From: a virus | Taxonomy: Duplodnaviria > Caudoviricetes | Length of the DNA stretch: 53,865 nt | Strand: one strand, 5' to 3' | IMG/VR virus record: IMGVR_UViG_3300011339_000645 | Location: 1 to 53,865 of that record | Shown here: one piece after another, positions 28,242 through 37,280 of the stretch | Layout of the letters: each line of letters starts with the position of its first letter | Numbering within the stretch: the first letter of the stretch is position 1 | Notes under the pieces: generated by a model | Databases searched by the model: none | What the model saw: only the letters and a program-made list of their open reading frames with translations | Told to the model about the DNA's origin: nothing | Position numbers and translations under genes: made by a program

Positions 28242-30095
28242 ATGTCAAGAAAAATTGTTTCTCAAAATGGCATTCGGAAATACGGGATGGTCTTCCCAGA
28301 AAACATGAATCCGCTTGAGATTGAGCTTTATTGCTACGCTTTAACCCGTGGTGATTATGGAAAGACGATGCGAGTTAAGAAGAACATGGAGCTTTCTGAC
28401 TACAAACTTTTGTCACCATACGAACACTTTATCATAGCTGTCCAGTATATGTGGCCGACTGATGTTGTGATTAAGAATCGCGGTTATACAAATACCCAAC
28501 TTCTTAGGACTCTTGAGGAGTTGTGTAACAATGACGATGTGTGTCTCGCAGGCGCGGCTTCAATGGGTAAGTCGTTTCCTGTTGGTCTTTGGATTTATCT
28601 TGATTGGTGTGCTGCCCCGCATTGCACATCTTCTTGGGTAGCCACCACAACCCTTGGAGCTTCGGAAGATCGTATTTGGGGTATCATCTCAAAACTTTGG
28701 AAGTGTGCATCCAATAAGATTGGGAACCTAGTTGACTATCGCCACATGATTGTTTGGGGTGGTGCGTCTGGAGATGATGAGAAGGATTACAGGAATGCTA
28801 TTAAGGCTATTGCCTTCCCTCCCGGCTCTGAGGGTCAGAAGGCTATTGATACCACCCGTGGCCGTAAGAACGATAGGATTCGCGTAGCATTGGACGAGTT
28901 GCCAGAAATGGAGATGGGCGCAATTAACATTAGGCAGAACCTTTCCTCTAACGATGACAAGGTTTTTATTGGTATCGGAAACCCGTCCGCTGGGGACAAT
29001 CCCCACACACGATGGGCCATGCCTAAAGGTAACACTAACTTCGATGCGGTGAGTGCTGATATGGAGAAGTGGGAGACTGAGACTGGTGTCTGCTTGTTTT
29101 ACAATGGAATGAAGTCTCCGAACTTTCAAGCTCCTGCTGATGAACCATCTCCATTCCCGTTCCTAATGGATCGTAAGAAGCAGGCGGACATTTTGAAGAT
29201 GTCTTATGGAGATGAAAACTCTGTAGACTATGTGCGTAACGCTATTGGCTGGTGGCCTAAGTCTGGCTTTGCCCAAACGATCCTAACCGCAGATGTTATT
29301 CGGAATGCCGATACCTACTCAGAACCTATCTGGGATCACAATGACCTCATTAAGATTGCTGGTTTCGATACTGCTTTCACGGCTGGTGGCGATAGATGCG
29401 TTCTAACAATCTGCAAGCTAGGCTATGTCCGTGGAACTTCTCAGAAGGTTATGTATCTGGAAAACCAAGAAGTGATCCAAATCGCTGCTGGTCAGGCTAC
29501 CGAGTTCGATGTCCAAGTAGCCGCGAAGGTCGTTGAGCTATGCCGTAAGCATGAAGTTACGCCTAGCAAGTTTGGTATGGATGTCAGCGGTGATGGTGGT
29601 CGAGTTGGGCAAGCTATCATGCGCGAGTGGCTGCGGTATGATAAGGATGGTTCTTCTATCGCTCTTATCTCTTCTATGGGTCGCCCAACTGATCGTATAG
29701 CAGCCGATGTCGATAAGCGTCCTTGCACAGAAGTTTATGATCGTCTTGTGAGTGAATATCACTTTTCTCTATATCACGCATTTAAGAGCAGAGTTCTTTA
29801 TGGTATATCTACAACTGATGATTTAGGTAGAGAACTTTGCTTGAGAAGATATACAGTTAGAAACAAAAAGATTTCAATTGAAACAAAATCAGATTTCAAA
29901 GGCAGAACTGGTTTTTCTTGTGACCTTGCTGATAGCCTAACTTACTCACTAGAAATGGGTAGAAGAAATGGTTTGGTATTTCATGGAACAGAAAAGAAAG
30001 TTCCAACAGACAGGTTTTGGGCAAGAAAAGAAGAGGTAGCTAAAATAGATGATGAAGATGATTGCTATTCAAGCGATGACGATGGCGAGTGGTAG
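28242..30095 (+). CDS. terL: Terminase large subunit
   Basis: Walker A GAASMGKS, Walker B VALDE, coupling motif GIGNP, RNase-H-like nuclease motifs GFDTA...GD and DLADS. Confidence 0.9.
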   Translation: MSRKIVSQNGIRKYGMVFPENMNPLEIELYCYALTRGDYGKTMRVKKNMELSDYKLLSPYEHFIIAVQYMWPTDVVIKNRGYTNTQLLRTLEELCNNDDVCLAGAASMGKSFPVGLWIYLDWCAAPHCTSSWVATTTLGASEDRIWGIISKLWKCASNKIGNLVDYRHMIVWGGASGDDEKDYRNAIKAIAFPPGSEGQKAIDTTRGRKNDRIRVALDELPEMEMGAINIRQNLSSNDDKVFIGIGNPSAGDNPHTRWAMPKGNTNFDAVSADMEKWETETGVCLFYNGMKSPNFQAPADEPSPFPFLMDRKKQADILKMSYGDENSVDYVRNAIGWWPKSGFAQTILTADVIRNADTYSEPIWDHNDLIKIAGFDTAFTAGGDRCVLTICKLGYVRGTSQKVMYLENQEVIQIAAGQATEFDVQVAAKVVELCRKHEVTPSKFGMDVSGDGGRVGQAIMREWLRYDKDGSSIALISSMGRPTDRIAADVDKRPCTEVYDRLVSEYHFSLYHAFKSRVLYGISTTDDLGRELCLRRYTVRNKKISIETKSDFKGRTGFSCDLADSLTYSLEMGRRNGLVFHGTEKKVPTDRFWARKEEVAKIDDEDDCYSSDDDGEW

Positions 30096-30688
30096 TCTTG
30101 CCATATAAATATATTCTTATATCCCTTGGCTCTATTTATTTTCATTGGAAGAACCTGCAAGTTGCGTGGTTCATGCTTTCCTCCTCTTGCTACTGGAGTA
30201 ATGTGATCTACCTCAAATTGAAATCCAAATCTTTCCGTCAATCTTACAGCTTGCTTATAGAAGCAGTCTATTATTTTTTTTTGATTTTCATTAAGCGTTG
30301 GTGCTTGGTCTTTTTGTCTGCATCTTCGAAGAGCTAGTTTTTTTACTCTATTTTCTGGATAAAGAATATAATGATTCTTTTGTGCTTCTTTATTTTTTTC
30401 TGGGTTGTTTAGCCTCCATGCTTTTTTAGATGCATAGGATTTAGAGTAATTTTTTCTTGCCCAATCTCTGCAATATTTATTTCTTTTTTCTTTGTTTTGC
30501 TTTATCCATTCACTTACTTTTGCAATTACTTTTTCTCTATTTTTAGGATACCATTTTTTTTGGATATATTCTTTGTATTGCAATTTGTTTTTTTCAAATT
30601 GCTCCGCAGTAACCCAAATTTCCTTTCCATTCTTCCTGCTCCAAAATACTAGTCCGTCTTCACGAACTGTTCCTCGCTTTATTTTCAT
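30065..30688 (-). CDS. Free-standing HNH homing endonuclease 2
   Basis: EVDHITPVARGGKHEPRNLQVLPMKIN; clear paralogue of 27222-27809. Confidence 0.85.
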   Translation of the reverse strand: MKIKRGTVREDGLVFWSRKNGKEIWVTAEQFEKNKLQYKEYIQKKWYPKNREKVIAKVSEWIKQNKEKRNKYCRDWARKNYSKSYASKKAWRLNNPEKNKEAQKNHYILYPENRVKKLALRRCRQKDQAPTLNENQKKIIDCFYKQAVRLTERFGFQFEVDHITPVARGGKHEPRNLQVLPMKINRAKGYKNIFIWQDYHSPSSSLE

Positions 30689-30694
30689 TCAATA

Positions 30695-30723
30695 AAAGTA
30701 TATTCTATTGGAATTAAAGTCAA
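30695..30723 (-). promoter_or_regulatory. Sigma70-like promoter for HNH 2
   Basis: TTGACT-17 bp-TACTTT; ATG 6 nt downstream; the 16-bp palindrome ends 5 bp upstream of the -35. Confidence 0.55.
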
Positions 30724-30749
30724 GGAAATTATCGTTAACGATAATTAGA

Positions 30750-30785
30750 GACTACTATATGTCGGACGATGATGGAGAGGATTGA
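30750..30785 (+). pseudogene. Orphan duplicate of the terL 3' end
   Basis: Encodes DYYMSDDDGED*, codon-for-codon comparable with the terL end DCYSSDDDGEW* at 30060-30095. Confidence 0.7.
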
Positions 30786-30827
30786 GCAATGCGGAGCGTT
30801 CAGTTGCTCATAGTTTATTTTAAAATT

Positions 30828-32780
30828 TTACCAATTATCAAGAACTCTTTTTACTGCTCCGGGTTTTGTCCCTCCATCTGTAACAAGTTTACCATATACA
30901 GTATTGAATGAAATATCATAATAATCTGACACTACAGAAGCATTTAATACAATTGCTGTTGTTGCGGATGGATTAGAAAGTGTTATTGCATTTGATTTTA
31001 CAGTTAAACGATTAACATCAGAACTCAACCATATTCCAAATATATTTGATGCCGTATTTATTTGATTATTTGTTACATCAGTATTTCTTAATGCGTTTTC
31101 TAACCTTATTCCATCTGCTTGATTTTGATAAATATTATTATTAGAAATAGTTAAATCTGTTCCAAATGTTGTTCCTTGAGATCGTATTCCGTATGATATT
31201 GAATTTATTACATTTCCTATAAAATTACTATTTGTTGAATCTTGAATATAAATTCCATCATAATACGCATTTACTCCTCCATCAATTTTGTTTCCGCTAC
31301 ATACTACATTTGATGAAGTGTATACACCAATCCCAACTCTTGTTCCAGTTGATGAATATGGAAGATACAACGCATTATTAGAAACAACCATGCTACCACA
31401 ATTTACTATTGCTATGTCGATTGTTGAAGTATTTGGGGTTCCGTTGTAATCCGGTGATCCAGTTCTGTAAATAACATTGTTTGAAATTACTCCATTTGGA
31501 TTCCATGTATTTGTTCTTCCATCATATCTGATTGCGTGTGATCTGCAATTGTAAAATGAATTATTTGTAACTGAAAAATTTTCTGGGCCTTCTCTTCCAG
31601 CAAAACCAAACCATCCAAGATTTACACCCCAATCACAACTATCAATTGTATTACTATCAATTTGCAATGTGTTATTATATGATGGATCGGTAGTATTTCC
31701 TACCGCACCGCATCCAATTCCAAGATTACATTTGTAAATGTAATTATCAGATATAATTCCCCTCGCTCCATTATTATATGCGACTCCACCATCTCCTCCA
31801 TTACGGATTTGATTATTATTACAAATAATTATTCCACCATTAAAATTAAAAACATCTCCACCACATTGATCTGAAAAATTATTAGAAACAATACAATTAA
31901 CATTATTAAATCCAATAGCATGATATTCTGGTGATGTTGTTGGAATGTTAATAAATCTATTGTTTAGAATTTTAACATTATTAAATAATCCACTTCCAAC
32001 TCTTACATATATTGCTGATGACCTTAAACCTACATCAATTGGATTTGGATTTATTATTGATAAACCAACGCAATCCAGAATAAAATTTTGAATTGTGATG
32101 TTTTCAAGTCCAACAAGTCTGAAAATGTAATTCTGCCCAGTTTTACCTTTTAATGTTGATCCATTTCCTTCAATAATAATATTACTTCCAACAGTTATTT
32201 CTTGAGTAATATAAATTCCATCTGCAAAATACAATGTTCCTCCAATTGGATTTGCTGATACTGCATTTACAGCAGCTTGAATCGCAGCAGTATCATCCGT
32301 AACTCCATCACCTACAGCACCAAAATCCTTAACATTGACTACATCAGTAAAGCGAGTAACAAGGTTCCTAGCTGTAGTAGTTCCTGTAGCCGTGAAGTTG
32401 GTGAACTCGTTGAAGTCTGCGCTTGCCCATGCGCTACCATTCCATACAAACAATCCATTGCTAGTGCTGTTGTAATATAGTGCGCCTTCTTGTAGGGGAT
32501 TACCTTGGTTGTCTACAGTAGGAGCTACAGCTTTCGCTCCAAGATAACGCTCGTCAAAATCATTGAAGATATTTGTTACTTGCGTGAGGTAGTTATTAGC
32601 CTCGCTCGCGCTATCCGCTGAATCATTTGCACTATTCTGCGAGTTTGTCGCACTCGTTGCTGAGTTTGTGGCATTGGTAAAAGATGAAGCGCAGTTAGCT
32701 TCGGCGCAGGCAGCGGCTTCTCGCGCCTTGTTCACGATCAGCATTCCCTCTTGATTGGAAGAATTATTGCAGCAACTCAT
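30828..32780 (-). CDS. Tailspike 2 (right-handed beta-helix)
   Basis: VNVKDFGAVGDGVTDDT plus beta-helix repeats; N-terminal region homologous to tailspike 1. Confidence 0.85.
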   Translation of the reverse strand: MSCCNNSSNQEGMLIVNKAREAAACAEANCASSFTNATNSATSATNSQNSANDSADSASEANNYLTQVTNIFNDFDERYLGAKAVAPTVDNQGNPLQEGALYYNSTSNGLFVWNGSAWASADFNEFTNFTATGTTTARNLVTRFTDVVNVKDFGAVGDGVTDDTAAIQAAVNAVSANPIGGTLYFADGIYITQEITVGSNIIIEGNGSTLKGKTGQNYIFRLVGLENITIQNFILDCVGLSIINPNPIDVGLRSSAIYVRVGSGLFNNVKILNNRFINIPTTSPEYHAIGFNNVNCIVSNNFSDQCGGDVFNFNGGIIICNNNQIRNGGDGGVAYNNGARGIISDNYIYKCNLGIGCGAVGNTTDPSYNNTLQIDSNTIDSCDWGVNLGWFGFAGREGPENFSVTNNSFYNCRSHAIRYDGRTNTWNPNGVISNNVIYRTGSPDYNGTPNTSTIDIAIVNCGSMVVSNNALYLPYSSTGTRVGIGVYTSSNVVCSGNKIDGGVNAYYDGIYIQDSTNSNFIGNVINSISYGIRSQGTTFGTDLTISNNNIYQNQADGIRLENALRNTDVTNNQINTASNIFGIWLSSDVNRLTVKSNAITLSNPSATTAIVLNASVVSDYYDISFNTVYGKLVTDGGTKPGAVKRVLDNW

Positions 32781-32842
32781 ATTGCCGCAAAAGTCATCTG
32801 ATATTTTTCAGATGTCAAGAGGATTATCGTTAACGATAAAGA

Positions 32843-32975
32843 TTAGCAGGAACGAGTATGCATCCCCTTTTCAGTCGCCGGGTTTCCAAGGTTATGAGCC
32901 GCCTACGGCTCCCCGACCTCGATGTGGCTTCCCGCTACGCAGTTTGCTCATCAGTATATCTCGACTGCCTGCTAA
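32843..32975 (-). ncRNA. Candidate structured non-coding RNA (strand uncertain)
   Basis: Nested stems TTAGCAGG/CCTGCTAA, CAGTCG/CGACTG, CGGG/CCCG, CGAGGT/ACCTTG and GAGCCG-TAGG-CGGCTC in an intergenic gap. Confidence 0.45.
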
Positions 32976-33072
32976 AATTATCCATCGCCATTTCAATGCC
33001 CAAACGCATATTGTGAGACGATGATTCGGTTAGTTTAGAAAGAGGGGATTGCAGTCCCCAACTATGAAAAGT

Positions 33073-33288
33073 TTACTCTAGCACACCCTGCAACTCCATC
33101 AAGTTCGCTAGGTCTTCTGTGACTGTAATCCTGCAAGCCTTTTCTCCCTCGAAAGTAATTCCCAACATTTCAAGTTTCTCTAGGTCGGTTTTCTTGATCC
33201 AGCAGTCCACATAGTCTTGGCGGAAGCGAATTTTCTGTGGGTTTTCGTCAATGAATGTGCCTTCGCACACAATGAGTGATTTGAACAT
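33073..33288 (-). CDS. Hypothetical protein
   Basis: 71 aa, coupled to the upstream gene. Confidence 0.65.
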   Translation of the reverse strand: MFKSLIVCEGTFIDENPQKIRFRQDYVDCWIKKTDLEKLEMLGITFEGEKACRITVTEDLANLMELQGVLE

Positions 33289-33289
33289 A

Positions 33290-33895
33290 TTATTTGTTTT
33301 CTGCGTATTTCCAAATGTAACCTTTTGCTGATTTAACTCTTCCTTTTAGGCAATTGTTTACACCATTTCCAAAAACTTTTTGAGCATCTACTTGAAAATC
33401 AAATTCGATTTTTTCTCCAGTAGATATTGATATTCCATAAATCGGCTTTTTATTTTTTCTAAGTTTTATTCTGTGTAGTCTTTCAATTTCTTTTTCATCT
33501 GTTGGCCTATCTATTTTATTTTTACGCTTGTATTCATTGCAAGCGTGGCATAATCCCCTCCAGCTTCTATGCTCTCCTTTTGAAGAAAGAGTGCTTCCTT
33601 TGCAATTAACACAGATTTGAACAATTTTTTTTCTTTTTGTAAATGCTTGTTCTTTTGGAGTGGCCCAACGGCAATTTGATTTTTCATAATTTCCGTTTGG
33701 GTCTATTCGGTCAAGAGTTGTGCCTTGTGGGCGCGGAGCCATGTCTTCTGCGAAATTTGAAAATGTTCTCCATCGTTCGCATACTTTAATTCCTCGCCCA
33801 CCATACAAGTGCCAAGAATCTCTTTTTGGATTTGTGCATCTTTGGATCATTGATCCCCATATTGAATATAGCTCTCGTCTCATAGAGCTTAACAT
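33290..33895 (-). CDS. HNH endonuclease with C-terminal NUMOD1-like domain
   Basis: [12 protein letters not shown]...[20 protein letters not shown] and [10 protein letters not shown]; AT-rich. Confidence 0.85.
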   Translation of the reverse strand: MLSSMRRELYSIWGSMIQRCTNPKRDSWHLYGGRGIKVCERWRTFSNFAEDMAPRPQGTTLDRIDPNGNYEKSNCRWATPKEQAFTKRKKIVQICVNCKGSTLSSKGEHRSWRGLCHACNEYKRKNKIDRPTDEKEIERLHRIKLRKNKKPIYGISISTGEKIEFDFQVDAQKVFGNGVNNCLKGRVKSAKGYIWKYAENK

Positions 33896-33917
33896 TTAGT
33901 GTATCATTCATTGGCAG

Positions 33918-34235
33918 TCAAGTGTATTCCCTGACTATGTATCCTTTTTCCGTTGCCCATTTGACATTTTGGTGCAGGTAGGTGTGACATTGGCGGCATA
34001 CAGCCAAGAAAGTGCGCTTCTCGCAGGTGTTACGGCCTCTGCCGCTTTTATGGTGTATGTCTGTTGCTTCCCCACCACATATTTCACATCTCCCGTTTTT
34101 TTCTTCAAGATACTCTCTCCTTACCCTACTGTATTCAATGCTTCGCTTTTTGAGTCTGGCTGAAATGGGATTGAGCTTCCCTCCTCTTTTCTTGAATCCG
34201 CTTTTGGCTTTAAGTGGAGTTTTGCGTCTGAGCAT
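33918..34235 (-). CDS. Small Zn-binding HNH protein
   Basis: CEICG...DIHH...LAVCRQCH. Confidence 0.8.
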   Translation of the reverse strand: MLRRKTPLKAKSGFKKRGGKLNPISARLKKRSIEYSRVRREYLEEKNGRCEICGGEATDIHHKSGRGRNTCEKRTFLAVCRQCHTYLHQNVKWATEKGYIVREYT

Positions 34236-34474
34236 AAGACAATAATTTTACCGATCTGTTCTTTTTTGAGAACCGATTTTGCTGATGTTTCGATTTGATT
34301 GATAAGGCTACCAGTAACGCCAATTTTTTCACCAAGTTCACGCACGGAAAAACCAAGACGCAAACGAGCATCGCGCAAGTGTGCGCCAAACATCTTTCTA
34401 GCGTTATGCTTGATGTTTCTGCTATGCTCTATAGCTGATAGGTAGCTATTGTATGCGACTTCTAACTGGTGCAT
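34121..34474 (-). CDS. XRE-family helix-turn-helix regulator
   Basis: Probable start MHQLEV at 34474; FGAHLRDARLRLGFSVRELGEKIGVTGSLINQIET. Confidence 0.8.
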   Translation of the reverse strand: MHQLEVAYNSYLSAIEHSRNIKHNARKMFGAHLRDARLRLGFSVRELGEKIGVTGSLINQIETSAKSVLKKEQIGKIIVLCSDAKLHLKPKADSRKEEGSSIPFQPDSKSEALNTVG

Positions 34475-34482
34475 ATCGATGG

Positions 34483-34527
34483 AGTATAGACAAACATATT
34501 GACAGGTCAATCTTTTTTTTGTAGTAT
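34483..34527. promoter_or_regulatory. Overlapping divergent sigma70-like promoters
   Basis: Plus strand TTGACA(34499)-17-TAGTAT; minus strand TTGACC(34510)-16-TATACT; the two -35 boxes form TTGACAGGTCAA. Confidence 0.65.
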
Positions 34528-34535
34528 TGGAGGCT

Positions 34536-34931
34536 ATGGATAACCACAACAGCAACATTGATTTAGACATGACGGCATTCAAGTTTCTTGAGTTTGCCAG
34601 AAAGTCCGTTCTGATAACAAATATGTCTCTCGCCGAGGCGATGGGACAAGGAATCTTTTCGACTCACGAAGTCTTCAATGGAGATGGAGGCTACATGATC
34701 ATGGGAGTCCGACCAAACTCTACCGCACTCGCCGCGACCTACTCTGGAAAACGCATCCTTTGGTCTGAACTTGCCCTGATCAAAGATGAAGATTTGGAAC
34801 TCCATCACAAACTCCACGCTGTAGATTGCTCAGATGATCATATGTCTGATCTGGCTTGGACAAACCTCGTAGACCAGATCGAGGAATGGGTGAAGTGCGA
34901 GCGTGAAGAAATTGATTTGGATTATCGGTAA
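34536..34931 (+). CDS. Hypothetical protein
   Basis: Probable start MDNHNS at 34536; first gene of the rightward replication block. Confidence 0.65.
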   Translation: MDNHNSNIDLDMTAFKFLEFARKSVLITNMSLAEAMGQGIFSTHEVFNGDGGYMIMGVRPNSTALAATYSGKRILWSELALIKDEDLELHHKLHAVDCSDDHMSDLAWTNLVDQIEEWVKCEREEIDLDYR

Positions 34932-34979
34932 CAATAAAAAATAATTCTTGACCCGTCACAATCAGTAGTGATAGGGTTA

Positions 34980-35122
34980 GCGCGTCTGAGAGATCAGACC
35001 TCGGCGTAGGAACCGAGTAAGGAAAAATTAAATTAACAACAAAATATATGGCCCCTTTGCGGCGGTTAATTCCTACGCGTCTGTTGCCGCTTTTTTCGCC
35101 ACCGCTAGGGGTCGCCTTTTTT
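34980..35122 (+). ncRNA. Structured leader of the replication-initiator gene
   Basis: Hairpins GTCTGA-GAGA-TCAGAC and CTCGG-CGTAGGAA-CCGAG; loop sequence GCGTAGGAA is complementary to TTCCTACGC at 35070-35078; GGCCCCT/AGGGGTC closing stem followed by a T-run. Confidence 0.55.
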
Positions 35123-35124
35123 AA

Positions 35125-35949
35125 ATGAAATTAGTAAAACAACCTCAACGCTTATTCGTCCAGATGAAGAAGGCGGTATTGAGAGAGGACTTGATGAAGA
35201 TCACAGATGATGTGGTTCAAGCAATGGTTCTCGGACAAATGCTCTACTGGACTAAAACACTAGACAAGGTGAATGATTGGCTTTTCGAGGAGAACAAGCG
35301 ACTAGCTGAATACGATTTCCCGCAACACGAATACAATTACGGATGGATATACAAATCCGCTAAACAAATGCGGGAAGACTTAATGAACGCATTCAGCGAG
35401 GATTCAATCCAAAGAGCATTCGCGTCTCTTACGAAATGTGGAGTTCTTCTGAAACGGAACAACCCACTTTGCGGGTATGACAGGAAACTTCAGTATCGAA
35501 TTGATCTGGTTTTACTGCGCCGAAAGCTCAAGGAAATCGGTTGGGAAATGACAGATTTTGTCATGGATTCCATTCCGCAGGATGCGGCTTTCATTCCGCA
35601 GGGTGCGGAATCAATTCCGCTATATGCGGGAGCAATAGCAGAGATTAAAACAGAGAGTAAAAACAAAGAAACCCCTATAGTCCCCAATGGGGACGCAGCT
35701 TTGCTTTTTGATACCGAACCAAGTTCAGTTCCCAAGAAACGGAAACCCAAACTCGTCGATGATTCCTTCATCTCTGAACTCAAGAAACTAAACCCCACGA
35801 AAGATGTCGATGCTCAAGTCATCGCCGCAAAGAACTGGCTGCTCGCCCACCCACCGCGCCAGTTCACCAAACAATTCTTTTCTTCATGGATCAACCGAAC
35901 CAAACCAACGATTGATCCTGAAGGAAGCTGGAAACCAACAACCATCTAA
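35125..35949 (+). CDS. Replication initiator protein
   Basis: Winged-helix-like N-terminus (VLGQMLYW...GWIYKSAKQMREDL...SIQRAFASL), internal iterons, and location directly upstream of DnaB. Confidence 0.75.
   Translation: MKLVKQPQRLFVQMKKAVLREDLMKITDDVVQAMVLGQMLYWTKTLDKVNDWLFEENKRLAEYDFPQHEYNYGWIYKSAKQMREDLMNAFSEDSIQRAFASLTKCGVLLKRNNPLCGYDRKLQYRIDLVLLRRKLKEIGWEMTDFVMDSIPQDAAFIPQGAESIPLYAGAIAEIKTESKNKETPIVPNGDAALLFDTEPSSVPKKRKPKLVDDSFISELKKLNPTKDVDAQVIAAKNWLLAHPPRQFTKQFFSSWINRTKPTIDPEGSWKPTTI
35572..35629. repeat. Iteron-like repeats (putative replication origin)
   Basis: ATTCCGCAGGATGCGG, ATTCCGCAGGGTGCGG and ATTCCGCTATATGCGG at 35572, 35593 and 35614 (21-bp period), followed by an A-rich stretch. 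Confidence 0.7.
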
Positions 35950-35952
35950 CAC

Positions 35953-37233
35953 ATGAAACCCGCAACCAAACCAACCTATAACTTCAAAGTCGTAACCCCA
36001 ATGAAAGATGTACCTGTTCGATCATCGTCCGAGCAAGCCGCCTTGTCGCTGATGATGCAAGACCCAGACATCCTTACCAAGCAAAGCTGGGATGCCTCGT
36101 ATTTCCTCCTAGAAGCCCATAAAATCATTTTTGATGCGATAAAGGCTGTCCATAGCCGAGCGGGTAGGGCAGACGAGTTTATGGTCATTGCAGAGCTAGA
36201 GAACGCTGGTCTGAAAGAACTGGCTGGAGGAGATACTGCGATCTACGATATTCTCTCCTGCATCAGAATGGTTGCAGGAAAGGTCTGCCAAGACATCGCC
36301 GCCGATTACCGATACGAATTGCGGAAAGCAAAAGCCTACCGAGATTTAATCTCATACTGGGAAACAAACGAGCAAGACATCCGCCAAGGTCGGGGAAACA
36401 TGGAAGAGTTATCGGTAACGATAAACGCAATCCAGTATGATGACACAAAACCAAAGCGGACAAAGAAGGATATGCTTAACCAGATCATCGACGAGATGGA
36501 AGGTAAGGCGAAGAAGGATTGCTACTCGACTGGACTGATCCTCCTAGACCGAAACATGGGTGGAGGAATGCACAAAGGTGAGATGATGACTATCGCCGCT
36601 GAAACGGGTGGAGGAAAATCCATCCTATTAGTCCAAGCTATAGTAGCGAATCTCCTAGAAGGAAAATCCTGTCTATTCTTTTCCCTTGAAATGTCCGGTG
36701 AAGATATTTACCGCCGACTTGCATCCAACATGGCAGGCGTTCCAGTCCGCGAGATGGAAGACTACAAGATAAACTACGGAAGGGAACTGCCAGCAATCAC
36801 AGAGGCACTTACTAAACTCTACTCTCTTCCAATTGAGGTGATCGACTTCATGCATGACATGGATGCTATCGAGTCTGAGATCACTAGAGCAGCCAGCGAG
36901 AATCGTGCAGATGTAATTGCCGTGGACTACATCCAGATTCTAAATATGAATGACTCAGATAACAGGGAAACTGCTATATCCGAGGCCGCTAGAAGGCTAA
37001 AAACCCTAGCTGCAAAGCACAAATCTGTGCTTTTTACCGCCTCCCAAGTCAATGATGAGGGCCGCTTGCGGGAGTCTAGAGCCATAGGAATGCACTCAGA
37101 TCAGGTAGTCCAGATCGAACATAAGAACGAAAAGAGCAGGATTATCGTCAAAAAGAACCGCCGTGGAGCTAGAAACTACACCATTCCTGTAGAGATGAAG
37201 GGTGAAGTCAGCAGGTTTGTTGAGGTGTTCTAA
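35953..37233 (+). CDS. dnaB: DnaB-like replicative helicase
   Basis: AAETGGGKS, FFSLEMS, VDYIQIL, ASQVN, LRESRAI and KNRRG motifs. Confidence 0.92.
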   Translation: MKPATKPTYNFKVVTPMKDVPVRSSSEQAALSLMMQDPDILTKQSWDASYFLLEAHKIIFDAIKAVHSRAGRADEFMVIAELENAGLKELAGGDTAIYDILSCIRMVAGKVCQDIAADYRYELRKAKAYRDLISYWETNEQDIRQGRGNMEELSVTINAIQYDDTKPKRTKKDMLNQIIDEMEGKAKKDCYSTGLILLDRNMGGGMHKGEMMTIAAETGGGKSILLVQAIVANLLEGKSCLFFSLEMSGEDIYRRLASNMAGVPVREMEDYKINYGRELPAITEALTKLYSLPIEVIDFMHDMDAIESEITRAASENRADVIAVDYIQILNMNDSDNRETAISEAARRLKTLAAKHKSVLFTASQVNDEGRLRESRAIGMHSDQVVQIEHKNEKSRIIVKKNRRGARNYTIPVEMKGEVSRFVEVF

Positions 37234-37280
37234 ATAATTTTATTGACATACAATAATCAGAGGTATAGGAAATGTGTTCA

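Noticed and set aside
15200-32780. Tailspike pair as the template and variable repeats of a diversity-generating retroelement
   Set aside because: No reverse transcriptase was found; the shared region is N-terminal and its differences do not look adenine-specific.
32880-32960. Hammerhead ribozyme (CTGATGA...GAAAC), tRNA-Met (GGCTCATAACC) or group II intron domain V (GAGCCGTA) on the minus strand
   Set aside because: I could not build hammerhead stems I-III, a cloverleaf or a full domain V around these short matches; kept only as a generic structured candidate.
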